This document shows, one piece after another, positions 8,379 through 17,645 of a DNA stretch of 41,201 bases; positions within the stretch are counted from its first letter, which is position 1, and each line of letters begins with the position of its first letter. The stretch covers positions 1 to 41,201 of the IMG/VR virus record IMGVR_UViG_3300048599_000883; one strand, given 5' to 3'. The position numbers and the translations under genes are program-made. This DNA comes from a virus. Its lineage: Duplodnaviria; Caudoviricetes. A model generated the notes under the pieces. That model had not been told where the DNA came from, did not search any database, and worked only from the letters and a program-made list of their open reading frames with translations.

Positions 8379-8863
8379 GGGGTCTCCTCGAGGAGGGCCG
8401 TCGGGACGACGACGCGGATCATCACGAGCGCCTGGCCGCTCAGGTCGATGTCAGACTCGCCCCAGTCGTCGAGCTGCACGCCACCGACGAGCACGAGCCC
8501 GGTGCGGCGCACGAGACGGGCCGGGACGCACCCGAAGTCGTCCTCGGCGGCGTCGACGGTGCGGGCCCGGAGCCAGTCGAGGTTCGTGCGGCACCCAGTG
8601 AGCCGGTCGGTGACCAGGTCGCCGGTGTCGGCGTCGACGTCGCCACGGACGAGCACCTTCAGGTCGCCGACTCGCTGACCGCGTGCACCGCGGCGGCCGA
8701 CGAGACCGTCAGTGTCGCTCAGCGCCACGTTGCTGTGCTTCTTCGCCCCAGCGACAGCCATGAACCCGGCGTTCAGGGCGCAGAACGCTCCGCCGGCGTT
8801 CAGCGGCACGGTGTTCAGATCGAGGCAGTCGCCCACCCCGGTGAGGTCGGGCCAGCCCGCCAT
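8375..8863 (-). CDS. Distal tail (Dit)-like protein
   Basis: Immediately follows the tape measure gene (TGATG overlap); 162 aa; assigned by synteny. Confidence 0.6.
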   Translation of the reverse strand: MAGWPDLTGVGDCLDLNTVPLNAGGAFCALNAGFMAVAGAKKHSNVALSDTDGLVGRRGARGQRVGDLKVLVRGDVDADTGDLVTDRLTGCRTNLDWLRARTVDAAEDDFGCVPARLVRRTGLVLVGGVQLDDWGESDIDLSGQALVMIRVVVPTALLEETP

Positions 8864-11800
8864 CAAGTGACCTTCAGCTCACGTCGATCGAGCTGGCGGA
8901 TCAGCTCTCCAGCGGTGTCCATCGGGTCGCCGGAGCGGTCCTCGATGCTGATCTCGTAGGTGTTGCCCGCCTCCGTGGCGCCGAACGTCGCAGCGACCTG
9001 GCTCTGGTTGAGGATCTGCCCAGCGCTGTCGGGCCACCACAGCTCCCAGCCCTTCTCACCGACGATCGCCGGCTCGTTCGCACCGAGGTGCCCGCCGTCG
9101 GCGAGCTGCCTCTCGGGCAGGAGCCCGCCGAGGACGCCCTGGAAGAGGCCCCGGGACTGGAACCACTCGCGGATGGTGGCGTCGGCTCGGCTCATGTCGG
9201 CGTCGATGTCGAGCGTGAAGGTCTTGCCCTGCTGCGCCGCGCCCCACCGGGACACACCGATGTCGGCGGGGTTCGTGTTCGCCCCGACCGGGACGTCGAT
9301 GCTCGGCCGGCCGAGCATGAACCGCTCCCAGGCGTTGACCTCGTCGGAGGCGGGGACCGTGTCAGCGTCGACCGGCACGGTGGCGCCGTTCTCGGTCTGG
9401 GCCCAGTCGATCCAGCCGGTGAGGCCTTCGGTGGCCATCGTCGGGTCGGCGTTGAGAGCGATGAGCAGCGGGTTCTCGAGCAGCCCGTCCTGCATGTCGA
9501 TCGCGAACGCCTCGACGAGCGACTGCGCGGTAGCCCAGTCGCCCTCGGCGATCTTCGCTCCGATGAACGCGTTCAGGTGCACGTTGCCCTGGGCGTCAAG
9601 CTGGCCGCCGATGAACTCGCGCAGCACCTGGATCTTCGCCATCGCCTCGGTCTCGCCGGAGACGGCGATGGCGACGTCGACCTGCTCGGGGAGCAGGCCC
9701 ATGGTCTCGAGCAGCTCGTGGGTCTGGCTGTCGGAGAGGCCGGCGGCGTCGAAGATGCCGAGCAGGCCGTCGCGGATCCGATCCGCTGTGGCTCGGGCGG
9801 AGTCCGCGCCGCGGAACTCGAGCGCCGCTGCGATCGACTGCTGCGCAGCGTCGCCTGCCGACATGATGTCGCTGAGCGCTGCGCGGGCCTCGCCAGACAC
9901 GCCCTGGAGGCCCTCGGCGACGTCGGACACATCGAGGTCACCGATCTGGTTGACGCTCTCGAACACGCGGCTCATGGCGTCGTCGACGGCGAGCGTGGCG
10001 CTCAGAAGGTTGTCGATCGACGTCGAGTCCTCGAGCGACTGGAGGAACGCGTCGGCGCCTGCAGCTGCAGCGTCGAGTCCGGAGCGGGCCATCGCACCGG
10101 AGAACTCGAGTCGATCGAGCTCCCGACCGAACGACGTCGTCGCCTCGCGGGCGTCGAGCGACTTGGTGCGCACCAGGTCGATGTCGACGCCGAGCAGCTC
10201 GGCGACGTTCCACCCGTGCTTCGCGACGCCGGCTTCGAAGCCGGTGGCGAGCGCTGCGCCGGTGGACTCGCCGAGCTCGGACGCCTCGCCGGTGCTGAAC
10301 CCGAGCGCGCGGGCGATCAGCCCGGCGACACCGGTGACCGGGAGCAGGATCCCGTCGAGGATGAGCCGGCCGATCTGCTGGCCGACGTCGCCCCAGTTCT
10401 CGGCCTGGATCAGTCCGGCGATCGGCTCGAGGATGAAGTTCGCGACGTCCTCGCCCAGCCCGAGCCCGGCACGCTTCACGGTCTCGAGCGACGACTCGAG
10501 GCCTGCGAGGTCGTCCTGGGCGTCCTGCGCTGCTCCGGAGATCTCGCCGATCTCGTTCGCCGCGGTCGACAGGTCCATGGCGAGCAGCGCGTTCTGCATG
10601 TCTTCGGACTGGGTGCCGAAGAGCTGCACGGCGATCGCCGCCTGCTGAGCCGGATCCTCGACCTTGCGGAGCTCGTCGAGCACACGGTCGAGCGCTGCCG
10701 ATGCCCGCGGGCCGCCGGCGGCGATCGCGTCGGACACAGCGGTCCACTCAAGGCCGAGTGCCTGAAGCCCGGAGATCGTCGTGTCGGAGCCGTCCTGGGC
10801 CCGGATCGCGAACTCCTTCAGGGTGTCGGCGGCGATGTCGGCGTCGCGGGCGCCAGCCTGGATGCCCTGGGTGATCAGCCCGAGGGCCTCCTCGCCCTCG
10901 AGGCCGAGCTCGCGGAACTGGGTCGAGTACTCGTTGAAGGTGTCGAGCAGGTCGCCGCTCTTGTCCGCGACGCCCTGCAGGCCGACCGTGATGAGGTCGA
11001 ACGCCTCGGTCGAGTTGTCGACCAGCCCGGTCCTCACCAGCTGCGACGCCGCGTTGATCGACTGGTTGAGGTCCTGGTCCCAGACCGCCGCGGTGGTGAG
11101 CGCCGCCGCGCTGATCTGGCGCAGCTCGGCGGTGGTCGATGCGCCGAGACCGGCGGCGTTGCGGCGTACATCGGCGACCGCCGCGGCGACCTGCTCGACC
11201 GACCCGCCGTAGTTCCCGCGGAACAGGTCCTTGCTGAGCCCGGAGAGACGCTCCGCCTCGAGCTCGGTGGCGCCGAGCTCGGCGCGGAGTCGTGCTCGGA
11301 CACCATCGAAGTTGATCGAGTCGATCGCGCCCTTGACGAGCGCCAGCCCGATGATGCCGCCGGCAGCAGTCGCCGGGTTCGTCAGGGCAGGCCCGAGCGG
11401 GCCCAGGGCGTCGCCCAGCACGTTGGAGATCCCCGCTGCGGACTCTGCGAGACCCGATGCGAGCCCGCTGGTTACGCCCGACGCAGCGGCGCCGCCCAGA
11501 TCGGCGCCGCGGGCGGCTGCTTCGACACCGAGCTCGGCGAACTCGCCGCCGATCTCGACGCCTGCCTCCGCGAGCCCGGACAGCACACCGGATGCGATGT
11601 CGGAGCCGGCCTCCTGACCAGCGGAGAACCCCTGCGAGCCGAGCGATGCGAAGGCGGGATCGAGCGAGTTGCCCAGATCCGCAGTGCCGGAGCGGAACGA
11701 GTCGTTGACGCCGGCGGCGAGCTCGCCGCCGGCGTCGCGGCCGACCTGGTCGGCGCGCCGCTCGAGCTCGGTGCTCTGGGAGCGCAGCTGGTCGCCGAGG

Positions 11801-12174
11801 TCGCTGCCGAGCCCGCGGGTCCCTTCGGCGAGGCCGGCCTCGATGTTCTCACCTACGCGGCGCCCGGAGTCGGTGCCGACGCCGGAGATCGACGACTCCA
11901 GGCCGCCGTCGATCCCGGCGCCGAGCTGTCGGCCGAGCTCGTCGCCGGCGGAGCCGGCCGAGCTCGACGCTGAATCCGTGATGCGCTTCACCGCGGCGGA
12001 GACGTCGCCGCCGGCCTGGGCGAGCCCGTCTGCGATGCTCGCGCCGAGATCCCGGCCGGCGGACGTGCCCACCGCTGCGAGGATTGGGGCGAGCTGCCGG
12101 TTCATGGCGGCGGACGCACCGTCGAGGCTCGGGATGACCTGCAGCGTGGAGTAGCCGAACACCGGGCTGGTCAC
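8863..12174 (-). CDS. Tape measure protein
   Basis: 1103 aa, Ala/Gly-rich; core DLLDTFNEYSTQF...ADTLKEFAIR; C-terminal ADGG...IVGEKGWEL. Confidence 0.95.
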   Translation of the reverse strand: MTSPVFGYSTLQVIPSLDGASAAMNRQLAPILAAVGTSAGRDLGASIADGLAQAGGDVSAAVKRITDSASSSAGSAGDELGRQLGAGIDGGLESSISGVGTDSGRRVGENIEAGLAEGTRGLGSDLGDQLRSQSTELERRADQVGRDAGGELAAGVNDSFRSGTADLGNSLDPAFASLGSQGFSAGQEAGSDIASGVLSGLAEAGVEIGGEFAELGVEAAARGADLGGAAASGVTSGLASGLAESAAGISNVLGDALGPLGPALTNPATAAGGIIGLALVKGAIDSINFDGVRARLRAELGATELEAERLSGLSKDLFRGNYGGSVEQVAAAVADVRRNAAGLGASTTAELRQISAAALTTAAVWDQDLNQSINAASQLVRTGLVDNSTEAFDLITVGLQGVADKSGDLLDTFNEYSTQFRELGLEGEEALGLITQGIQAGARDADIAADTLKEFAIRAQDGSDTTISGLQALGLEWTAVSDAIAAGGPRASAALDRVLDELRKVEDPAQQAAIAVQLFGTQSEDMQNALLAMDLSTAANEIGEISGAAQDAQDDLAGLESSLETVKRAGLGLGEDVANFILEPIAGLIQAENWGDVGQQIGRLILDGILLPVTGVAGLIARALGFSTGEASELGESTGAALATGFEAGVAKHGWNVAELLGVDIDLVRTKSLDAREATTSFGRELDRLEFSGAMARSGLDAAAAGADAFLQSLEDSTSIDNLLSATLAVDDAMSRVFESVNQIGDLDVSDVAEGLQGVSGEARAALSDIMSAGDAAQQSIAAALEFRGADSARATADRIRDGLLGIFDAAGLSDSQTHELLETMGLLPEQVDVAIAVSGETEAMAKIQVLREFIGGQLDAQGNVHLNAFIGAKIAEGDWATAQSLVEAFAIDMQDGLLENPLLIALNADPTMATEGLTGWIDWAQTENGATVPVDADTVPASDEVNAWERFMLGRPSIDVPVGANTNPADIGVSRWGAAQQGKTFTLDIDADMSRADATIREWFQSRGLFQGVLGGLLPERQLADGGHLGANEPAIVGEKGWELWWPDSAGQILNQSQVAATFGATEAGNTYEISIEDRSGDPMDTAGELIRQLDRRELKVT

Positions 12175-12180
12175 TGCTGG

Positions 12181-12591
12181 CTACTCCTTCCGTTCAGCGA
12201 GTCGATCGAGCTCGGCCTGCCGCCGGGCCTTCGCGGCTTCCCAGACGGCCTCACGGTCGACGGGGCTGCCATCTGCGTCGGGGTCGTCGTCGATCGGGAT
12301 CCGGCCGTGCCACGGCGGGGGCACCTGCCTCGTGACGAGGGCGAGGACAGCGCGGCGGATCTCGTCGAGGATGTGGTCGCGGCGCTCGAACGGCCGCCCG
12401 TAGAGCTCGGTGAGCACAGCGCCGCCGGGGACTGGATGGCGGACCACCAGGGCGTTGATGCGACGCAGCGTGAGCGCCGGGTGGCGCCCGGCTCCCGGGC
12501 GCCACCGGTCTCTGATGTCGACCCCGCGGGTCTGGAGGTCGGCCTCCACAGCGGATGCGTGGTCACGCAGCAGCTGCAGGAGGCCGGTCAT
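12181..12591 (-). CDS. Tail assembly chaperone, -1 frameshifted C-terminal part
   Basis: AVEADLQ..GVDIRD.W motif; lies in the -1 frame of the upstream chaperone at a GGGGGAA site. Confidence 0.85.
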   Translation of the reverse strand: MTGLLQLLRDHASAVEADLQTRGVDIRDRWRPGAGRHPALTLRRINALVVRHPVPGGAVLTELYGRPFERRDHILDEIRRAVLALVTRQVPPPWHGRIPIDDDPDADGSPVDREAVWEAAKARRQAELDRLAERKE

Positions 12592-12866
12592 TCCCCCGCG
12601 GTCTTGAACCCCATGGCGACGGCGATGTGGCCGGCGAGCTCGTCGAGCTCAGACCGGCGCGCCGATCGGCCGAGGTGGCGCCACTGCTCGGGTCCGACGA
12701 GTCCCTCGATCGCCGCGGCGTTGTGGCCTCTCGAGAAGTACGCCATCGTCTCGATCGTCGGGTCGGGGTCGATCTCGTAGACCGTCCCCTTCCACTCGAA
12801 CGTGGTCGGGATGCCCGAGACCTCCGCCTGTTCGGCGGAGGCCTCGGCGTCGGCGTGTTCGCTCAC
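12588..12866 (-). CDS. Tail assembly chaperone
   Basis: Between tail tube and tape measure genes; LVGPEQW motif; ends at the slippery site. Confidence 0.85.
   Translation of the reverse strand: MSEHADAEASAEQAEVSGIPTTFEWKGTVYEIDPDPTIETMAYFSRGHNAAAIEGLVGPEQWRHLGRSARRSELDELAGHIAVAMGFKTAGE
12591..12597 (-). other. Programmed -1 ribosomal frameshift slippery site GGGGGAA
   Basis: Minus strand GCG GGG GAA TGA; the -1 frame reads GGA ATG ACC GGC into the next ORF. Confidence 0.85.
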
Positions 12867-13408
12867 GACGACGTGACCAGACCGCGCTGGATCAGGAACA
12901 GCCCGGAGTCGGTGTCCGGGAAGATCGTCGCGATGAACGGGTGCCGCTCCGACTGCGACTCGCCTTCGGTGGTGTCGCCGTTGATCCGCACCTCGGCCTC
13001 GTTCTTCGAGATGCGCCGCTGCTTGATCCCGCGGCCGGTGTCGTAGGTCTCGAAGCCGATCTTCACGCGCTCGGGGCCCCGCTGGTACTGGACACCGTCC
13101 TCGATGTGCTCGAGCCGATCGATCGTCGGGTTGGTCTCCAGAGCGGTGAACGTCTTCGTGGTCGTCACGCCGGACTCGAGATCCGCGATCTGGATGTTGC
13201 CCCAGGCGCTCTCGGTCGAACGCGTCGAGGTGCGCCCGGTCGTGAAGCCCTGGCCGCCGTCGAGGAGGCCGACGGCATCCCAGCCCTCACCGAACTCGTC
13301 GTTGAGCGTCTCCGGCGGCTCCGGGAACACGCCCGCGATCGCGAACGCGATGTAGACGATCGCGTTGCGCCACGCGCGTGCGTTGTCGGGGTTGCCCCAA
13401 TCGGGCAT
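12863..13408 (-). CDS. Major tail (tube) protein
   Basis: ATG at 13408 after AAGGAGG; GNPDNARAW...WDAVGLLDGGQGF...FTALETN; ends in ...VTSS. Confidence 0.9.
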   Translation of the reverse strand: MPDWGNPDNARAWRNAIVYIAFAIAGVFPEPPETLNDEFGEGWDAVGLLDGGQGFTTGRTSTRSTESAWGNIQIADLESGVTTTKTFTALETNPTIDRLEHIEDGVQYQRGPERVKIGFETYDTGRGIKQRRISKNEAEVRINGDTTEGESQSERHPFIATIFPDTDSGLFLIQRGLVTSS

Positions 13409-13463
13409 GGTCGACCTCCTTGGTCGGTGGTGGTTGACCGCGCCCGATCTGGGGCGGTTCGCG

Positions 13464-13889
13464 CTAGGCGAGGGTGGAGCGCATCTCCATGCGCACGGTC
13501 GAGGCGGCGATCTCGCCGCCCGTCGACGGGTCCTCGCCGGGCTGCACACCCGTGAGGAACGTGACGCCGCAGACGCCGCCGAACCCCGGGTGGGCGAGCA
13601 GCACGCCCTGGGCGAGGGCACAGAGCCGCTTCGCTCGGCCGGTGGTTGCGGCGTACGCGACGAGACGGATCGTCTGGAAGGCCAAGAGCAGACCGTCGCC
13701 GCCCGGGGTGGCGTCCCACGCGACGAGCACGTGCTCGTCGGATTCGGGGGTCCAGTCCTCGGGCAGGTCGACGGCGACGGTCACCGGGGCATTCACGTCG
13801 GCAGCCCAGCGGGAGGGGAGCTGGTCGCCGAGCCAGAGCGTCGCGGCCTCCTGGCCGTCGGCGAAGACGTAGACGGGGAGCTCGGTCAC
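13464..13889 (-). CDS. Tail terminator-like protein
   Basis: Upstream of the tail tube gene; LVAWD...IRLVAYA...AKRLCALAQGVLLAHPG. Confidence 0.75.
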   Translation of the reverse strand: MTELPVYVFADGQEAATLWLGDQLPSRWAADVNAPVTVAVDLPEDWTPESDEHVLVAWDATPGGDGLLLAFQTIRLVAYAATTGRAKRLCALAQGVLLAHPGFGGVCGVTFLTGVQPGEDPSTGGEIAASTVRMEMRSTLA

Positions 13890-14158
13890 TTCGTCGTCAC
13901 CTCGTGGCCTGCTGCGCCGGCGGCGCGGGTCCAGATGCCGTCGCGCACCGCCCAGGTCCGGGCCCGTACGTCGCGGATCGTCACCGACGCCGCCGAGCGG
14001 TCCGTTCGGTAGGTGTCGACGACCACGTCGGCGTCGGGCTGGATGGCCTCGACGTTCCGGGCGATCGCCTGAGCCTCCGACCGGCACGCCTGGGTGGCCT
14101 CGGGACTGTTGAGCACGGTGAGGAACCCAGCGCGGTTCGGGCGGAACGCCGCCGTCAT
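13886..14158 (-). CDS. Neck/head-tail joining protein
   Basis: FRPNRAGF..VLNS...YRTDR..ASV...DG...RAAG pattern of actinophage neck proteins; coupled overlaps. Confidence 0.75.
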   Translation of the reverse strand: MTAAFRPNRAGFLTVLNSPEATQACRSEAQAIARNVEAIQPDADVVVDTYRTDRSAASVTIRDVRARTWAVRDGIWTRAAGAAGHEVTTK

Positions 14159-14523
14159 CAGAGCGTGCCGCGGGTGAGCAGCTCGAGCAGGCCGTGGCCC
14201 TGGATCACAGCGTCCTCGTCCTCGTAGACGTGCGTCGCGCCGCTCCGGGTGCGGATCGTGACCGTCGAGATCCCTTCCTCGCCCGGGGCGGTGGCGTCGA
14301 CCGACTCGATGCTGGCCAACCGGAGGCGTGTGCCGGCGAGCTCGACCCACTCCGCCGGCCCAGCCTCGGTCTGGTCGATGTCGTCGAGGCGCTCCGCGAT
14401 GCGGCGCAGCTCGACCTGCACGGCGTTGCCCGGCTGTGAGCCGTCGAGCATCGAACGCTGCCGGTCCTGCTCGTCGAGCAGCTCGGCAACCTGGCGCAGG
14501 ATGTCGCCGTCGGTGTCGCTCAT
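14158..14523 (-). CDS. Hypothetical protein inserted in the neck module
   Basis: 121 aa, translationally coupled on both sides; no motif recognised. Confidence 0.7.
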   Translation of the reverse strand: MSDTDGDILRQVAELLDEQDRQRSMLDGSQPGNAVQVELRRIAERLDDIDQTEAGPAEWVELAGTRLRLASIESVDATAPGEEGISTVTIRTRSGATHVYEDEDAVIQGHGLLELLTRGTL

Positions 14524-14885
14524 CCTCGACCTCGCTTCAGTCGGATCTCGATGCCGGCGGTGCCGAGTCCGGACTCGGCCTCCGCCCAGACCGCAGGAAC
14601 GCCCTCGACCTGGTAGGTGGCGCCGTCGACCTCGACCCGGTCGACGTCGGCCAGGTCGAGCACGACGCCTTCGGGCAGGTCCTCGACCGCTGACAGGTCC
14701 GGGAGCGCCGGCCGGTAGAGCGACAGGTCGACGGCGACGCCGTCTCGGCCTCGGCCGCCGACGTCGGCGGAGTTCCGTGGGCCCATGTGGCAGTCGTCGA
14801 CGTCGACCCGGATCGGCTCGCCGGCGACTGGGGTCCCGAGCGGGTCACGCCCGCCCGGGTGGTCCCAGATGAGCGTGGCGATCAC
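14520..14885 (-). CDS. Head-to-tail stopper
   Basis: GRDPLG N-terminus and DRVEVDGATYQVEGVPAVW...IRLKRGRG C-terminus; GTG at 14885. Confidence 0.8.
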   Translation of the reverse strand: MIATLIWDHPGGRDPLGTPVAGEPIRVDVDDCHMGPRNSADVGGRGRDGVAVDLSLYRPALPDLSAVEDLPEGVVLDLADVDRVEVDGATYQVEGVPAVWAEAESGLGTAGIEIRLKRGRG

Positions 14886-15499
14886 TCGAACTCGCCGACC
14901 CAGACCGAGTGCGCCCACGGCGTCGGGTCGGCGTAGGGCCGCTGCTCGAGCTCGTCGGTCTGGGTCCAGCCGCCGGCACGCTTCGTGCGCACCAGGGTGC
15001 ACTCGCGGGCCGCTCCGGACTCGCCGGAGAGCAGGACCTCGTCGAGGGGCAGGTGGTACCCGGTCGGGACCGTCACCAGCAGCTGGCCACCGGGGGCCAG
15101 GAGACCGCGGAGGTGCTCGAGCGCAGCGATCGCCGCGCCCGGGTCGAGGTCCTCGGGCTGGCCCTCCCAGCCGACGTGTTCGATCGTGCTGATCGACACG
15201 ATGGCGTCGTACTCGCCCTCGATGTCGAACAGGTCGACGTTCTCGACGCCCTCGGCGACCTCGAACAGGTCGACGATGCGGTACGTGCCGCCGGCGATCG
15301 GCTCGGCGAGGCCGTAGTGGCTGAGCACGTTGCCGACCTCGAGCACCGCCGGCGCCTCGCCGGTCTCGCCGGCCCGGGCGCCGACACCCGCGAGGAACAG
15401 CTCGGCGATCGGGATCTCGACGCGCCGCTCGTTGAGCTTCGTGTCGTTGTACTCGTGGTCGAAGCCCTCGAGCTCGATGCCGTGGAACTTGAACTTCAT
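14882..15499 (-). CDS. Class I SAM-dependent methyltransferase (DUF268-like)
   Basis: VLEVGN motif I, YDAIVSISTIEHVG, LLAPGGQLLVTVP; has its own AGGAGG RBS. Confidence 0.85.
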   Translation of the reverse strand: MKFKFHGIELEGFDHEYNDTKLNERRVEIPIAELFLAGVGARAGETGEAPAVLEVGNVLSHYGLAEPIAGGTYRIVDLFEVAEGVENVDLFDIEGEYDAIVSISTIEHVGWEGQPEDLDPGAAIAALEHLRGLLAPGGQLLVTVPTGYHLPLDEVLLSGESGAARECTLVRTKRAGGWTQTDELEQRPYADPTPWAHSVWVGEFE

Positions 15500-15514
15500 A
15501 GGGGTGCCTCCTGG

Positions 15515-16105
15515 TCAGGCGTTGTGCGAGTTGTGCCAGTGGTGCGCCCCGAAGCAGTAGGGGTGCGCCGTGGCGTGGTCCTCGCCGCGGCGGTGCTTCT
15601 CGTTCCACAGGTACGGGCTGAAGCACACGGGCGGCAGGCAGAGCACGTCGGAGCGGTCACGGAGCGTGTCCTGGGCGACCTTCGGGCCCGAGTGGAGGGC
15701 TCCGAGGGGGAGCCGTTCGATGGCGAGCTCGATGCACTCGAGGAACGCCGGGTGGCCCGGGCGCGAGCCGAGCACGGCGTCGTTGAGCGACCACGGGGAC
15801 TCCCACGTGGCGAACGCCTCGAGGCCGATCAGCGGGTCGAGCCGCCGGTAGAGCTCGACGTCGCTGTCGAGGTAGATCCCGCCCCAGGTCCAGAGCGCCT
15901 CGAGGCGGATGAGCCCGGCGCGCTGTGCACCGTTGAGGCACTGGTCCCAGTGGCCGGCGGTGAGCGGGAACAGCGCTGGGTCGATCGGGTCGCGCAGGTC
16001 GAGGAACTCCCAGCCGGGGTGGAGCTCCTGGGTGTGCGCCCAGAAGCCGTCGACCTCGGCGGTGGTGTGCTCGGGGACCGTTCGGATGATCCGACGGGGG
16101 ATCAC
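15515..16105 (-). CDS. Glycosyltransferase, GT32/DxD sugar-binding type
   Basis: MIPRRI start, HPGWEF, RLEALW..GGIYLDSDVE, PGHP and GP motifs. Confidence 0.92.
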   Translation of the reverse strand: MIPRRIIRTVPEHTTAEVDGFWAHTQELHPGWEFLDLRDPIDPALFPLTAGHWDQCLNGAQRAGLIRLEALWTWGGIYLDSDVELYRRLDPLIGLEAFATWESPWSLNDAVLGSRPGHPAFLECIELAIERLPLGALHSGPKVAQDTLRDRSDVLCLPPVCFSPYLWNEKHRRGEDHATAHPYCFGAHHWHNSHNA

Positions 16106-16710
16106 CGCTCGGCGATCAGGGCCCGCATCTGGGCCTCGTCGTTCACGGCCGCCCAGTAGCGCTGGGCGAGCACGGCGTTGGGGCGGTGGCGCTCGGATCC
16201 GATGTCGCGCACCGCGGGGTGCCAGAGCGACACGGCGAGGCCACGGTGGCGGACGACGCCGGAGAAGCACGTCGCTACGGCGACCAGCTGGTCGTCTTCG
16301 CCGCCCCAGCCACTGAACCGCTCGTCCTGGCCACCGATCAGGTCCCAACCGGCGGCCGAGACCACGATGACACCGCCGTTGGCGAGCCCGGGCCGGCTGT
16401 CGGTGCCGGCGTAGAGGCACTGGTCGAACGGGTAGTGCAGCCGGCGGTCGCCGGCATCGGCGAGCGCTGCGATGAGCCCGCTGGGTGACGGGACCGTGTC
16501 GGCGTCGGTGATCACGAACCGGTCGTGGCCTGCAGCTGCAGCAGCGGCGGCTCCGGCGTTTCGACAGGCGCCGAGGTTGAAGATCTCGTGGTCGGTGTCG
16601 ACCTCGAACACCTCAGCGTCGGGCAGGTGCTGGGCGTACCAGCCGAGGACGAAGTCGTGGGCGGCCTGCCGCGTCGGCGAGGGCCGCCACGGGACGATGA
16701 GTGCGGTCAT
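16102..16710 (-). CDS. Glycosyltransferase, GT-A fold with a GT7/galactosyltransferase C-terminal motif
   Basis: IVPWR, FN...RNAG, DAD, GGQDERFSGWGGEDD and LWH motifs. Confidence 0.92.
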   Translation of the reverse strand: MTALIVPWRPSPTRQAAHDFVLGWYAQHLPDAEVFEVDTDHEIFNLGACRNAGAAAAAAAGHDRFVITDADTVPSPSGLIAALADAGDRRLHYPFDQCLYAGTDSRPGLANGGVIVVSAAGWDLIGGQDERFSGWGGEDDQLVAVATCFSGVVRHRGLAVSLWHPAVRDIGSERHRPNAVLAQRYWAAVNDEAQMRALIAER

Positions 16711-17645
16711 CCGGCGAGCTTCTCCAGGTGGTCGACGAACAGGTCGAGATCGACGGCGGGGTCGAGCTGGGCGGAACGCTGCGAGGCGAGTTCGGATGCG
16801 GCCGCCCACTCGTCGGGGTCCTTCAGCCGCTCGATCTCGGCGACCCAGCCGTCGATGTCGTCGCGGTCGACGAAGATGCCGGCGGTGCCGAGCGACTCGA
16901 TCAGCCCGCCTGTGGGGTGTGCGATGACCGGGATGCCCGAGGCCATCGCCTCGACCCCGGTGCGGCCCCACGACTCGCTCTGCGACGGCATCAGCAGCAC
17001 CCGGGTCCGGGCGTAGACGGCGTCGCGCATCTTCGGCGTGGTCTGGATCGTCTCGACGTTCGGGCACCGCGGGATGACCTGGTGGCCGTAGTCGCCGCGC
17101 ACCCCGAGGAACCCGGTCATCGGCATGCGCTCGGCGATACGCCACATGACCCGGCCGCCCTTCGGCTCGGAGAGGTTCACGAGGGTGACCAGGTCGCCGG
17201 GCGTGGTGGCGTAGTCGGCAGGGTCGACCGGCGGCCGGCACACGACCGACGAGCAGCTGTGCGAGGTGGCGGCCTCGAGCGACGTGCTGTTGAACACTGC
17301 GAGCGCGGCGCCGGCGAGCTCGTCACCGGTGAACCTGCTGTGCACCATCCGGACTGACGGCCGACCGACCTCGGCGGCGATCTGGGAGCCGAGCCGGCCG
17401 TCGCCGCAGTGCGACACGACGACATCCGCGTCGCGGGCGAGGTTCACGGCGTGCATGCGGCCGCGGATCCCGCCGGTGTCGACGGTGATCCCGTCGATCG
17501 TGTAGCCGCGCTCGTCGGACAGCGCCGAGAACACGTGCACCTGGTGGCCACGGCCGAGGGCGTGGCGCAGGAACTCGTGGGTGGCGAGCCAGGCACCGAC
17601 GCGGCTCTGAGGCGGGTAGAGCGGCGTGACCGCAACGATCCTCAC
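16707..17645 (-). CDS. Glycosyltransferase, GT4 (GT-B fold)
   Basis: RGHQVHV, KGG and PSQSESWGRTGVEAMASGIPVI (Ex7E) motifs. Confidence 0.95.
   Translation of the reverse strand: MRIVAVTPLYPPQSRVGAWLATHEFLRHALGRGHQVHVFSALSDERGYTIDGITVDTGGIRGRMHAVNLARDADVVVSHCGDGRLGSQIAAEVGRPSVRMVHSRFTGDELAGAALAVFNSTSLEAATSHSCSSVVCRPPVDPADYATTPGDLVTLVNLSEPKGGRVMWRIAERMPMTGFLGVRGDYGHQVIPRCPNVETIQTTPKMRDAVYARTRVLLMPSQSESWGRTGVEAMASGIPVIAHPTGGLIESLGTAGIFVDRDDIDGWVAEIERLKDPDEWAAASELASQRSAQLDPAVDLDLFVDHLEKLAG

Noticed and set aside
9088-11973. 961-aa plus-strand ORF, and similar long ones at 4676-6886, 8960-10648, 21975-23834 and 29490-31343
   Set aside because: Antisense shadows of real minus-strand genes, expected at high GC; no motifs or RBS.
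14882-17645. DNA hypermodification reading of the glycosyltransferase/methyltransferase cluster
   Set aside because: The methyltransferase lacks DNA-MTase catalytic motifs (DPPY/NPPY/PCQ), no base-hydroxymethylating enzyme was seen, and the genes are in the late structural operon. Disfavoured, not formally excluded.
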